Shown piece after piece: positions 45,591 to 55,214 of a stretch of DNA of 64,000 nt (positions within the stretch are counted from its first letter, which is position 1; the number at the start of each line of letters is the position of its first letter). The notes under the pieces were generated by a model, which did not search any database, had not been told where the DNA came from, and worked only from the letters and a program-made list of their open reading frames with translations. This DNA is from Escherichia phage IrisVonRoten. Both the position numbers and the translations under genes were made by a program. Location: sequence record MZ501075, one strand, 5' to 3'.

Positions 45591-45869
45591 ATGGAAAACA
45601 TGACTAAAGACTTCGACGCCTCTAACCTTACCAAGACTGAAATGGCCAATGTATTAGCAATTCTCCTCGACATGCAAGGATTTGAGGGGCAACTGATGAA
45701 AATGTCTATTCCGGCGATGAAGAAGATGTACGATTCTCTTAACAAGAACGCTATGGCCTTTAATTTAGCAAAACAAGAGGCACGCTTTGCTAAGGAGCAT
45801 CAAGCAGTGGCAGAACGCCGAGCAGCTAGCTTTGAGCGTGAAGTCAAGCAATTAAAGAAAAAATGTTAA
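45591..45869 (+). CDS. hypothetical protein (about 92 aa)
   Basis: Start after RBS gagagagg. Confidence 0.4.
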   Translation: MENMTKDFDASNLTKTEMANVLAILLDMQGFEGQLMKMSIPAMKKMYDSLNKNAMAFNLAKQEARFAKEHQAVAERRAASFEREVKQLKKKC

Positions 45870-46399
45870 CACAAGAAAGATTAAAAGAGTTATTTGAATA
45901 CCGCCCGGAAACGGGCGAGTTTATTAGATTAGTAAGTATAGGTAATCAAAAAGCTGGTAGTATTGCTGGCTGTCTAAGAAAGACTGGGTATATAGAAATA
46001 AGAGTAGATAAAGTAGGCTACAAAGCACATCGACTAGCCTTCCTCTATATGGAAGGTTATATTCCCAAAGTAATAGACCACGTAAATCGTATACGGAGTG
46101 ATAATAGGTGGTCTAACCTTAGAGAATCTAATAACCAAGAAAATTCTAGAAATAGAACAGCAAGAAGCAAATCAGGGTATTTGGGAATCTTTTGGCATAA
46201 ACAAAAGCAAAAATGGGAAGTAAGGGTTGTAGATTCATACAAAAAGTTAGTACATGGCGGGTATTTTGATTTCCTAGATCTAGAATTAGCGGTTCAAAGA
46301 GCTAATGAACTACGTTTAGAACTACAGGGGGCTAACGCTGTTATAGAAACTTTTGACCATACAAAACCCTTACCTACTTTAGAGGAATTAAATAAATGA
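45863..46399 (+). CDS. HNH homing-endonuclease-like protein (paralog family, copy 3)
   Basis: MLTQERLKELFEYRPETG..HRLAFLYMEGYIPKVIDHVNRIRSDNRW. Confidence 0.6.
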   Translation: MLTQERLKELFEYRPETGEFIRLVSIGNQKAGSIAGCLRKTGYIEIRVDKVGYKAHRLAFLYMEGYIPKVIDHVNRIRSDNRWSNLRESNNQENSRNRTARSKSGYLGIFWHKQKQKWEVRVVDSYKKLVHGGYFDFLDLELAVQRANELRLELQGANAVIETFDHTKPLPTLEELNK

Positions 46400-46677
46400 T
46401 TACAGAAATTCTTATTGGGTTACTAATTCTTACTACGCTAGTAGCGATTGGTGGAATTATTGGGATTGTAAACGCGCGAAAAAACATGGAAAGTATGCTT
46501 ATTACTAATGATGGACTACACCACCGTTTGCTAGAGCAAGAGCAAGATATTGAAATAGCCCAAAGACGCTCGGATATTCTTAAGGAAAAACTAAGTAATA
46601 TAGAAGCAATAGTTGGGAATAATAAATTACCTGCTAAAGTAATGCGTACACAGATAATCATGGAGATTAAAAAATGA
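46396..46677 (+). CDS. small membrane/coiled-coil protein (93 aa)
   Basis: ORF track; ATGA overlaps. Confidence 0.35.
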   Translation: MITEILIGLLILTTLVAIGGIIGIVNARKNMESMLITNDGLHHRLLEQEQDIEIAQRRSDILKEKLSNIEAIVGNNKLPAKVMRTQIIMEIKK

Positions 46678-46919
46678 TGATGTTTATTCTAGCATTTTAT
46701 TTGGTTGTGGTAGGGGTTCTAGTTACTAAGTACCATACATGGGCACCAAAGAATATAGCTAAGGTAGCATTATTTGTTATTCCAGTCCCACTTATTATAC
46801 TTTCTATGTTACTGGTGATGTTAATCGGTAAAGTGACGAAGACCGATACTAAGCGCATTGCTGACGAATTGCAACAGTCCTGTGATATGATTGAGGATAT
46901 TCTTAAAGATGAAACTTAA
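46674..46919 (+). CDS. small membrane protein (81 aa)
   Basis: Two hydrophobic helices. Confidence 0.4.
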   Translation: MMMFILAFYLVVVGVLVTKYHTWAPKNIAKVALFVIPVPLIILSMLLVMLIGKVTKTDTKRIADELQQSCDMIEDILKDET

Positions 46920-47235
46920 TTTTAACGAATTAAATACTTTGCATGAGCTGTTACAGTTTGTAAATAATAATATTAGTATTCCAGATGACACACTAGAAGT
47001 TCTCATGGTAATCGAGAAAAAGGTAGGAATTGCAATTGAGGACTCTTGGAAACCGCTCTCTGAACTGACACCTCTCAAAATGAAGGTGGTTGTTAAAAAT
47101 ATTGAAACTGGAGAAGAACGTGAGATGGTTCGTACAGAACTGGCGAATAGTTACTCTCCAACGTCTGTAGTAATGCAACATGATGATGTTTCCGAAGTTC
47201 TACAGACAGCTAATTACGTATGGCGTCTCCCATGA
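46909..47235 (+). CDS. hypothetical protein
   Basis: ORF track frame 46891..47235, start at overlapping ATG. Confidence 0.35.
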   Translation: MKLNFNELNTLHELLQFVNNNISIPDDTLEVLMVIEKKVGIAIEDSWKPLSELTPLKMKVVVKNIETGEEREMVRTELANSYSPTSVVMQHDDVSEVLQTANYVWRLP

Positions 47236-47334
47236 TTGATTTAGTACCAATTACTGCAGGGCTAATAGCACTATTAGTGCTCGCAGTTTTCATTATTGTG
47301 GAGCAGGCCAAAGTAATAAGGAGACTTAAAAACA

Positions 47335-47535
47335 ATGATAAAACGTCTTGTTTATCAGGCACCAAAGATTGTAACTGAGTATTTTGTATTACTTCCCCAG
47401 ATTGTATTTCTAACAGCATTATTTAATATACTTTTTCGACATCTAGGAATAACGGAAAATATATTCTACACTTCTGGGTTACTTCCTTTTATGTACGAAG
47501 GCATCATTATGGCAATTAACGGGGTTCGTAAATGA
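47335..47535 (+). CDS. small membrane protein (66 aa)
   Basis: ORF track. Confidence 0.35.
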   Translation: MIKRLVYQAPKIVTEYFVLLPQIVFLTALFNILFRHLGITENIFYTSGLLPFMYEGIIMAINGVRK

Positions 47536-47993
47536 CAGCACTACAACAACTACAGAATTATTGGTTTGATAACCAATTTAACGATCTCTTCATCCAGTTA
47601 TTTGTCGAAACGAATGGACGCTTCAATTACCGATTCTTTAATAAGTTTCATGAAACAAAGTTCTCACATACAGAAATTAATGCAGCGATTCAAGACCTAA
47701 CTGGTTCTAAAGTAATTCAATATCGCGAAGTAGACTTTACACCAGATTGTTTTGGATTTGAATTGTTTAAGAAAGCGTATAAATTTGGTAAGTTTGAAGA
47801 TGCTCGTCAATGGGTTCACGATTTTTGGTATAACACCGATATTGTTCCTAGTCGCGTGCTGATTCTTAACTGGATTGCTAAACAACATCCTCCTAAGACA
47901 CAATCATCCTTCTTACCCACAGATACAGGAAACCTCTACCATGACAGAAAAGAAAAATCCATTGCTGGAACAGATGAAGGAGTGGGAGAGTAA
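47532..47993 (+). CDS. hypothetical protein (153 aa)
   Basis: ORF track. Confidence 0.4.
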   Translation: MTALQQLQNYWFDNQFNDLFIQLFVETNGRFNYRFFNKFHETKFSHTEINAAIQDLTGSKVIQYREVDFTPDCFGFELFKKAYKFGKFEDARQWVHDFWYNTDIVPSRVLILNWIAKQHPPKTQSSFLPTDTGNLYHDRKEKSIAGTDEGVGE

Positions 47994-48312
47994 TATTGAA
48001 TTTGGTCTAATAGACGGTGAAGATATTGTTAACTCCATGCTAGAAGTAACAGTAGATAATATTAATCCTATTTTGGCTGGAGAAACCTCAGATCTTATAG
48101 GACTCTCTAGCACATTTGATTCTTTGGCTAAATTAGCTTTAGACGATGAAGAGATAACCAAAGAAGATCTCGCTACAGCTATGAATATGGCTATTAATGC
48201 TTACATCAGTAAACGTACTGATGAACTTGGTAAACAGATCAATAAGCGTGATACTACGCTAGGTCTTATGGAAACGGCCACTATGTTAAGAAGTGGTAAA
48301 CAACTTCATTAA
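47941..48312 (+). CDS. hypothetical acidic protein
   Basis: ORF track frame 47875..48312, start at internal ATG; overlaps previous CDS. Confidence 0.35.
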   Translation: MTEKKNPLLEQMKEWESNIEFGLIDGEDIVNSMLEVTVDNINPILAGETSDLIGLSSTFDSLAKLALDDEEITKEDLATAMNMAINAYISKRTDELGKQINKRDTTLGLMETATMLRSGKQLH

Positions 48313-48320
48313 TTTTAGGA

Positions 48321-48350
48321 GGCCAGGACTTAATTGTTCTGGCCTTTTAT
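48321..48350 (+). terminator. Rho-independent terminator
   Basis: ggccaggacttaattgttctggcc + TTTTATGTTTT. Confidence 0.6.
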
Positions 48351-48368
48351 GTTTTCAAGGAACTTCAA

Positions 48369-48572
48369 ATGCAAGTATATGTCCTTACTAGAGATATAAA
48401 TGAGTATAATCAGGATGGCGAGTATTTTGTAAAAGTATTCGCTGAAAAGCCAAGTAAACAACAATTATTAGATGCTGGAGTACCGGAAGACCAGGCTAAG
48501 TGTTTACTACAAGATAAAGAGTTTACTGGGGATGCTTACGAATGTTTCCACCTTAGTTGTGAGAGTATCTAA
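48369..48572 (+). CDS. hypothetical protein (67 aa)
   Basis: ORF track. Confidence 0.4.
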   Translation: MQVYVLTRDINEYNQDGEYFVKVFAEKPSKQQLLDAGVPEDQAKCLLQDKEFTGDAYECFHLSCESI

Positions 48573-48573
48573 T

Positions 48574-49020
48574 ATGAGAGAGAAAGTAAATGAATTATTA
48601 ATCGAGGAAGCTAACAACTTCCCAATAAATAGGTTCATCAAATCGGATGGATCTATTAATAGAACTAAGATTAAGCAGCTACACCCCGACTTTCAACAAG
48701 AAGCACTAAACCTTATATTTATCAAGAAAGCCGTTGCAGCTCATGGGGCTTTCTTCGGGTATGAGCGTGTAAATTATAAGACAATGCAACAGCAAGTCGA
48801 GATCTATTGTCCCGACCATGATGGTTATTACTGGCAAACTGCTAGATCTCATTTAGAAGGGCATGGTTGTCGACTGTGTGCACACAAGGTTGTGCAGCGT
48901 GTCACAGATTATGGAACTTATACCGTACCAGCATGTTACCATAAATTTGTAATTGACGATAATCATATAGTTTGGTATAATAAGTTTTCAAAGTTAAGAA
49001 TGGAGATAAATAGTGAGTAG
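48574..49020 (+). CDS. hypothetical protein with His/Cys cluster
   Basis: Internal start of track ORF 48472..49020; CPDHDG..HGCRLCAHK. Confidence 0.4.
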   Translation: MREKVNELLIEEANNFPINRFIKSDGSINRTKIKQLHPDFQQEALNLIFIKKAVAAHGAFFGYERVNYKTMQQQVEIYCPDHDGYYWQTARSHLEGHGCRLCAHKVVQRVTDYGTYTVPACYHKFVIDDNHIVWYNKFSKLRMEINSE

Positions 49021-49303
49021 CTATATTGTATGGTCAAACCCACTAGCAGCACTTAGTAACAAACTATTTAAAACAACGTGGGGATATAATGAAATAGACT
49101 TAGGTAGTCGCCCAATACCAAACAAACACCCCTTAGTTCCAGAGCTGTATAGGGTAGTGATAAATGGCACGGAGTATTTGGTTGATAAATTTGACAGAAA
49201 ACGTTTACTAGAGGGTATCTACGATAATTCTACATCGATAAATGAATTAGTAGAACATGCCCAAATATACGATAAGAGCTGGATGTTAATATGGAGATCA
49301 TAG
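49013..49303 (+). CDS. hypothetical protein (96 aa)
   Basis: ORF track. Confidence 0.4.
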   Translation: MSSYIVWSNPLAALSNKLFKTTWGYNEIDLGSRPIPNKHPLVPELYRVVINGTEYLVDKFDRKRLLEGIYDNSTSINELVEHAQIYDKSWMLIWRS

Positions 49304-49524
49304 TAATTATTTTAGCAGTTATGTTATTTATTGTAACATTTGTATCATTTGCTATTATGCGCAGAGCTAGAGAACTAGCGGAAGATATAACAAAATTACG
49401 TGGTGAGTTAGCTGCTCTTAAATTACAGCGTGAGGCTTTAAAGTTGTTTGTAGCTCAAGGTAGTGTGGAGCATACAGCAGAAGACTTCGTCATATATCTC
49501 AAACGTTACATGGGAATTAAATAA
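49291..49524 (+). CDS. small membrane protein (77 aa)
   Basis: ORF track. Confidence 0.4.
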   Translation: MEIIVIILAVMLFIVTFVSFAIMRRARELAEDITKLRGELAALKLQREALKLFVAQGSVEHTAEDFVIYLKRYMGIK

Positions 49525-49709
49525 TGGAAACTCTTTTTCTTTTAATGCTCGTAGGTTCCCTACTAGTTATACTAGCACTTCTACTAATCTGCAATATTCT
49601 TAATAATAAGAATTTAGAGTTAAAGTGTGAGAACCAAATCCTTAACCGTGAGGTTAAACAATATAATCTAGCAGCTCATAAGCTGTTAGACAAACTGGAG
49701 AATAAATAA
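49524..49709 (+). CDS. small membrane protein (61 aa)
   Basis: ORF track. Confidence 0.4.
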   Translation: METLFLLMLVGSLLVILALLLICNILNNKNLELKCENQILNREVKQYNLAAHKLLDKLENK

Positions 49710-50326
49710 TGACTTTATATACACAACAACCTATTCAAGTAGTACCAGACCATGAACTGAACACATGGGATTATAGCTTTAAAGATTTAACTGCTACTGT
49801 ACAATTCAAATCTATGAAGCTAACATTTGCACACACTGACCTTAGAGCATGTAAAGATCTTGAAGGTAAGCTCGAAGATGCTCGTAAGATTTTTGGCACG
49901 GCTCGCATCCCGGCTGATAACCTGATTAATGCACTGATCGATGCAGGATACAAACTCGTGAAGGCTGAGGTGAACCGCCCTAGTACTCCAGTGACTATTA
50001 GAGATCCGTGGCAGTCAGGGACAATCTCAATGCTGAATAACTCCGATAAAAGATTAATGTCGGATTTGCACAATGTTCCTTGTGGGGGTGTGGTAAGTAG
50101 TACGAAGTCATATAAGTTTGGTGAAGATTACGGCCCTTCTGTACAGTTGCAACATACTCAAGAAGCTTTTGAATCTGATATGCGAAGCGTAGCACCTGCG
50201 GATACTGAAGGTTTTAGAAGCCCCATCTATGTTACTCACTTTAATAATCTTAGACCTGGAGGTATAAATGATGCAATTATGGAAGCACTAGGGGCTGCTC
50301 TTAGCGAAGATAAGAGAGGTAGTTAA
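49709..50326 (+). CDS. hypothetical protein (205 aa)
   Basis: ORF track. Confidence 0.45.
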   Translation: MTLYTQQPIQVVPDHELNTWDYSFKDLTATVQFKSMKLTFAHTDLRACKDLEGKLEDARKIFGTARIPADNLINALIDAGYKLVKAEVNRPSTPVTIRDPWQSGTISMLNNSDKRLMSDLHNVPCGGVVSSTKSYKFGEDYGPSVQLQHTQEAFESDMRSVAPADTEGFRSPIYVTHFNNLRPGGINDAIMEALGAALSEDKRGS

Positions 50327-50814
50327 TGAAAGAAGCATTTAAATTTGCTAATATACTGTTTGAACCGACAGAGGATTCGTCGGTTTACTTTCTACAAATA
50401 ACCGATGGTTCTAATGTACGGCGTTATCTAACTGTACTAACTTTTGAAGCTATTAACCTTATTGAAGCTATCAGAAAAATCTCCTATGATTCAGAAGATG
50501 TCCAAACTATCGGATTCCTGAATTTCTTGAAAGAACAGAAATGTGCTGTGATCCCTATGAAAGAACATATTCCTATTGATAGTACGGGAATACTAGAGTC
50601 TTTCCCACTTACTAAATATACTCAATTACATTTGAAAGAGTATACTATATGTCTTGGGGAGGAAGAGTTTGAGGTTCCTAACCCAAGATTCTTATTTGAC
50701 CTAATAAAGAAAACAGCCAAAAATAAATCTGATGCAAAAGATATTATTAATAATATCTTGAGACGTGAAAAAAGATTAGCAGCAACAGCTAGTGGACAGG
50801 CGGATGATATATGA
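50326..50814 (+). CDS. hypothetical protein (162 aa)
   Basis: ORF track. Confidence 0.45.
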   Translation: MKEAFKFANILFEPTEDSSVYFLQITDGSNVRRYLTVLTFEAINLIEAIRKISYDSEDVQTIGFLNFLKEQKCAVIPMKEHIPIDSTGILESFPLTKYTQLHLKEYTICLGEEEFEVPNPRFLFDLIKKTAKNKSDAKDIINNILRREKRLAATASGQADDI

Positions 50815-51536
50815 GTATTAAAAAGAATTTAGCAGAGATTATTAAATTAGCTAGAGCTTGTAATGGAAAATGTGTTTCTCAGCTTAATGAACTAGAAGCA
50901 CATGCAGTAGCGTTTTGTGCAGAGTTTTATCCTGCATACCTTAATGCTAGTGGACAGCCCAAATATAATAAAGATGCAGAAGAAGTTACTTTAGCACCTT
51001 CTTATATTAGTTTACGTCGTTTAATTCAAACCGTTGATCCTACTATTAAAGGGTTCTCAGCAGATTCATTCCATGTCTTTGCGGATAAAGAACTCCCACA
51101 TTTTAAAGAAGGAAATGCAAAGGCTTGTCTAGAATGTTATCCTAATATTTTGATGGTTCCACCTAAGCAATGTAAGTATGATCATCTCCCTAGGCTCACT
51201 AAGAAAGTAGCACCACCTTATTCTTCTCTATCTGAATTAAAGCTAGGAATTGTATCTACACTTGCGCAGATTCATCTAAGTATAGTTGACGACTCAACAA
51301 CATCTAACCCTATTCTAGATGCTGCACATTATGAAATCTTACGTGATCCTGAGCAGGCTAGAAAAGTTGCGAAGTCTGTTAAGTTTGACATCTCAACAAT
51401 TCTTGATACGATGCAAGATACGAGACCTAGGGGAAGTGTAGATTATTCTGCGCTTAATTCTGAGTCATCTTACCTAGCAACATTCCTTTTCATGGCATCG
51501 AAGGGAATCATACTCAAAGTCAATCACGATGTATAA
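50811..51536 (+). CDS. hypothetical protein (241 aa)
   Basis: ORF track. Confidence 0.45.
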   Translation: MSIKKNLAEIIKLARACNGKCVSQLNELEAHAVAFCAEFYPAYLNASGQPKYNKDAEEVTLAPSYISLRRLIQTVDPTIKGFSADSFHVFADKELPHFKEGNAKACLECYPNILMVPPKQCKYDHLPRLTKKVAPPYSSLSELKLGIVSTLAQIHLSIVDDSTTSNPILDAAHYEILRDPEQARKVAKSVKFDISTILDTMQDTRPRGSVDYSALNSESSYLATFLFMASKGIILKVNHDV

Positions 51537-51553
51537 ACGTTAACGAAAAATTC

Positions 51554-51582
51554 TTGACATTATTTGAGCTGCATGTTATAAT
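51554..51582 (+). promoter_or_regulatory. perfect-consensus sigma70 promoter (TTGACA-17-TATAAT) with no downstream ORF
   Basis: ttgacattatttgagctgcatgttataat. Confidence 0.55.
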
Positions 51583-51936
51583 AATCTCATAGATTAAAAA
51601 CATCAACTTGTTTTTACCTCTAGGCCGTAGATTTACATCATTCCTCGTAGGAAAACACTTGATGACGGTTCTGTTCGCAGGTTCTCGTCAATTGTTCTTC
51701 CACACCGAGACTTAGGAGGATGTATCAAATCGCACGCGCCTAGAGGGGCTAACTCTCATGAAATGGGGGTATATTAACTTTTAAATAACTGATAAATATT
51801 TAAAGGCAATATCTGTGTTCAAGATGATACACTTGTTGCCGCTCATCTGCTAGGATGGCATAACACTTTCTTCTAGACTCCTAAGTTTCTAGGAAATTGA
51901 TAAGCACAAATTCTAGAGATCACATAAAAATATTCA

Positions 51937-52674
51937 TCGGATTTGCACATATTCTAGGGCAGTTTTCATGTTCCTAGAAACTCCAGCAATAGGCGGTTTA
52001 ATACAGGGCGGTTATAGGGAGGGCGGTTATTTCTAGGAGACATTTTTCGAAAACACATTTCTGGATTTTACTGTCGGATTTGCACATTGATATTCTAGAA
52101 ATTTATGGTCGGATTTGCACAAATGCCTAAGTTTTTAGGAACTCATACTCTCTTGAGAATAGCAGCATTATTTCGGGCCGAAGGCCCATGATTGCCTGAG
52201 TTTTTAGAGCCACAAGAATTTTCACTTGTCAAGCTATTTTGCCCCATTTTGCTAATAAAATTTTACTTTTTCTGCACCTATCTCAAATTTCCCCAAATTA
52301 TCTCAACTCTTCCCCAAAATCCCCGCAAATCAGGTGCTCCGCACCAATCCTGCGCCCCCACCATTCTAGCCCCCAAATTTCTCTCGCTCTCTCATCTTCT
52401 CCTCAAACCTATACAATCACACACCCTCCAATCGAAGTCACAAAAATCTTGTCGGATTCGCACATCTTAATCCTAGAAAAACCGTGTCGGATTTGCACAT
52501 ATCCCATAGGATTCGAACGCAGTTCGTGATTGCTGGAGTTTTTGGGAAAATTCGTCGTCGGATTCGCACATTACAAAAGTTTTTGGGGTCGGATTTGCAC
52601 ACTACCAAAAATTGTCGGATTCGCACATACATGCCCGCACGTAACACCCGTGGAGCAATGTCGGATTTGCACAA
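51937..52674. repeat. array of nine dispersed copies of a 14-bp motif GTCGGATT(T/C)GCACA
   Basis: Copies near 51937, 52073, 52108, 52451, 52486, 52557, 52588, 52614, 52660. Confidence 0.75.
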
Positions 52675-52731
52675 AAGCGCAGGGCAATTGCCCTGCTCGC
52701 CTGAATGCGAATGATAATGAGAATCAATCTT

Positions 52732-52890
52732 ATTTAAAAAGCGGAATGAGAATGATAATGATTCGCATTTAAAAAGCGGAATGAGAATCAATCTCATTTA
52801 AAAAGCGGAATGATTCTCATTTAAGAAGTGGAAGGATTCTCATTTAAAAAGCGGAATGAGAATCAATCTCATTTAAGAACGGAAGTGAGA
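52732..52890. repeat. iteron-like tandem repeats (about 6 copies of CATTTAARAAGCGGAATGA-like unit)
   Basis: Direct repeats with variable spacers; degenerate copies at 52820 and 52870. Confidence 0.7.
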
Positions 52891-52892
52891 AA

Positions 52893-53010
52893 CACTGTTA
52901 TTTAAGTTATCCACAGACTTATCAACAGCACGATTTGCCTTGACAGAATTCTAGCCATTTTGAGGCGTTATCAACAGACTTATCAACAGCTTATCCTACT
53001 GTATAAATAT
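52893..53010. repeat. left arm of approx. 120-bp imperfect inverted repeat (contains DnaA-box-like TTATCCACA)
   Basis: Reverse complement of 55215-55345 aligns (atttaagttatccaca ... ttatcctactgtataaatatacag). Confidence 0.65.
52907..52915 (+). promoter_or_regulatory. DnaA box consensus TTATCCACA
   Basis: Exact 9-mer. Confidence 0.5.
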
Positions 53011-53162
53011 ACAGTATTCCTATGCAGTGAATAATTCTAATATAGGCTTAAAACGTCCTGAATCGCATTCTAACGCGTTTTATTTTGGAGGAGGTATTTT
53101 AATAAGGGGAAATTTGTTTGCAGGCAGAAAAGGCGGGGCCAGATAGTTGCGCCCCGTTATTA

Positions 53163-53357
53163 TTAGTCCGGTATTTGATGGGAGAACTCTACGCTTTCAC
53201 CGTAGGAATCTACTAGATTAGTGTAGTAACCATACTCATCATATATAAGTTTGTCATACTCTTGATTCTCACAAATTGCGCGGTTTTCTTTTGTATCTTC
53301 TACATAGAATGTATCCACGGTAACACTAGTTTTACTAATAACAATTTTATCACTCAT
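53163..53357 (-). CDS. hypothetical protein (64 aa)
   Basis: ORF track; motif aacggggcgttact immediately upstream of ATG. Confidence 0.4.
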   Translation of the reverse strand: MSDKIVISKTSVTVDTFYVEDTKENRAICENQEYDKLIYDEYGYYTNLVDSYGESVEFSHQIPD

Positions 53358-53598
53358 AGTAACGCCCCGTTATTAATAGATGTATTGTTGAAAATAGCGG
53401 CGGATATTGTCGCCACCGTTGGGATCATTAGCAGGCTTAATATTACCCACGAAAATATATAGTCTCATAACGCCATCGCTCCTAGAATGAGAATGATTAT
53501 CAATATCATTGTAAAGCCATTACCAAATCGTAAACGCTGGGAATGTTTCCCAGCGGTATTATTAGATTTGTGACTTTGCGTTTTACGCCACCAGCTAT

Positions 53599-53811
53599 TC
53601 ACGGTTTTAAATTCTCTATAGTTAATTTTGCGCGAATAGTGATTCCATATAATTCGCCTCCCTTGTTTCTTACATCAGGTAGCCAGTCCCACAATTCAGG
53701 GTATCCGCTTAAAATTCCTAGCGATGCAAGATTAGCAATAAAACCGGCTATAGTAACCGCTTCCAGTGAAATAGTTACACGATTATTAATAACTAAAGTA
53801 AACTTTTTCAT
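53599..53811 (-). CDS. hypothetical protein (70 aa)
   Basis: ORF track. Confidence 0.4.
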   Translation of the reverse strand: MKKFTLVINNRVTISLEAVTIAGFIANLASLGILSGYPELWDWLPDVRNKGGELYGITIRAKLTIENLKP

Positions 53812-54167
53812 TGCGCCACCTTTCGAAACGCTGTTTCGATACTTTCAGCGGTTGATTGAATATACGCGCCTTTCATAATTAGACGCTCCGTACATACTTT
53901 GCGGAAAATGTCAATAAATTCATTTTCATTTTCCGCTATTAACGCTTCCCCCATAACCTGAACGTCACAAGACCCAAAAGTTAAAAATTGAAACGCTAGT
54001 TCACGGGCGACAACGGCATTAATTTTATAGTGCGCCTTGCCCTCATAAATATTAATAACGCCCTTATATGCTGGTGAAAGCTGATTTAAATAGTTTGCTA
54101 ATAATGCCGGACGGCAATTAGTAATAAAGCGATTGCCTTCATAAATAACCATTTTATAACCTCCCAA
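53808..54167 (-). CDS. hypothetical protein (119 aa)
   Basis: ORF track. Confidence 0.45.
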   Translation of the reverse strand: MGGYKMVIYEGNRFITNCRPALLANYLNQLSPAYKGVINIYEGKAHYKINAVVARELAFQFLTFGSCDVQVMGEALIAENENEFIDIFRKVCTERLIMKGAYIQSTAESIETAFRKVAQ

Positions 54168-54275
54168 TCAGGTATCCAGATAAAAGCATAAAAATCCCCA
54201 GTAAAAGGGGATCATTCTTAAATAAGGTGGCGGTAAAACCGCCAACCATTGCAAGGAGAATAACAATAACGCTTT

Positions 54276-54488
54276 TCATAGTACCCCACGAAAGGCCGCG
54301 TAAAAGGTGGCAAAATATTTAACCGTTTCAGCTATCACGTTGCCGCGCTTATCAAATTTCTTTTCTGTAACACGAAAGGCGTTTTTATTCCGTGCTACAT
54401 ATTCGATTTTACAATCCTCCCGCTCGAACGTGTTAACGTCCACCAGCTTAAAACCTTTTGAACGGGCAAGAGAAACGTTGCGGATCAT
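54276..54488 (-). CDS. hypothetical protein (70 aa)
   Basis: ORF track. Confidence 0.4.
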   Translation of the reverse strand: MIRNVSLARSKGFKLVDVNTFEREDCKIEYVARNKNAFRVTEKKFDKRGNVIAETVKYFATFYAAFRGVL

Positions 54489-54683
54489 TTTTATTCTCCT
54501 TTACTCATGCAGCCCAGCAAGTAAGAAAAAACAGCGATACCCGCGCCAATAATAACCGCGTGAACGTCGAAAGCTATTGCAAACAACGATAAAATAGCGC
54601 CCAAGATACCCGCTAGAATAGCTCGAAAAATAACCATTTTTATTCCCCTAGTTAGTGGGGCGAAAGTAACGCCCCGTTATTAA

Positions 54684-54947
54684 TTACATTAAAACGATTT
54701 TGGCGGCTTGTTTTTTGGTGCAATGTTCCGCCTTCAGGGTATCCAGCAAAAAGCCAGCCGTTTGCTGATCGATTTGATCATTATCATAAAGCGCCTGAAT
54801 GGTAGTGTATGTTTTAGCAATGCCGTATTCTTGCACCATTTCTTGAATGATCCAGCGATTTGATACCCAACCTTTTCCAGTGAAAAGAGCGTCAGAAGAA
54901 GAATAAGCAACCATTTTAAGCCTCCAATTTTTTGGGAAAATTTTCAA
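54684..54947 (-). CDS. hypothetical protein (87 aa)
   Basis: ORF track. Confidence 0.4.
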   Translation of the reverse strand: MKIFPKNWRLKMVAYSSSDALFTGKGWVSNRWIIQEMVQEYGIAKTYTTIQALYDNDQIDQQTAGFLLDTLKAEHCTKKQAAKIVLM

Positions 54948-55214
54948 CCGTCCTCGAACGGTGTAAAGGCATTATAACAAAAAAGGCCGCTATAAAAGGC
55001 GACCTTTACAAAACTTTACATTAGGTTAGTTATTACTCTCTTTCTCTTTCTAGTTACTTGGGGCATATTGGTCAACCGCGCAGCGGTACAGTAAAGAGCA
55101 AAACACGGTGAAGCCACCAGGGCGACGGGTGAAGGCTTCACTTTAATATTACCCCACCGCATTTAGCTCGTTAGAAAGCGTTTTAGGCCGCCTAAAATTG
55201 ATTGCAGTTGTTAA

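Noticed and set aside
52192-52797. Five overlapping ORFs (76-119 aa) in the ORF track across the repeat region
   Set aside because: They lie entirely within the repeated 14-mer and iteron arrays, have low-complexity repeat-driven translations, no RBS, and overlap each other in multiple frames; judged non-coding.
52700-52900. Possible CRISPR array (short direct repeats)
   Set aside because: Repeat units are degenerate, spacers are irregular in length and partly repeat-derived, there is no leader or cas context, and the setting is a lytic phage; better explained as iterons or binding sites.
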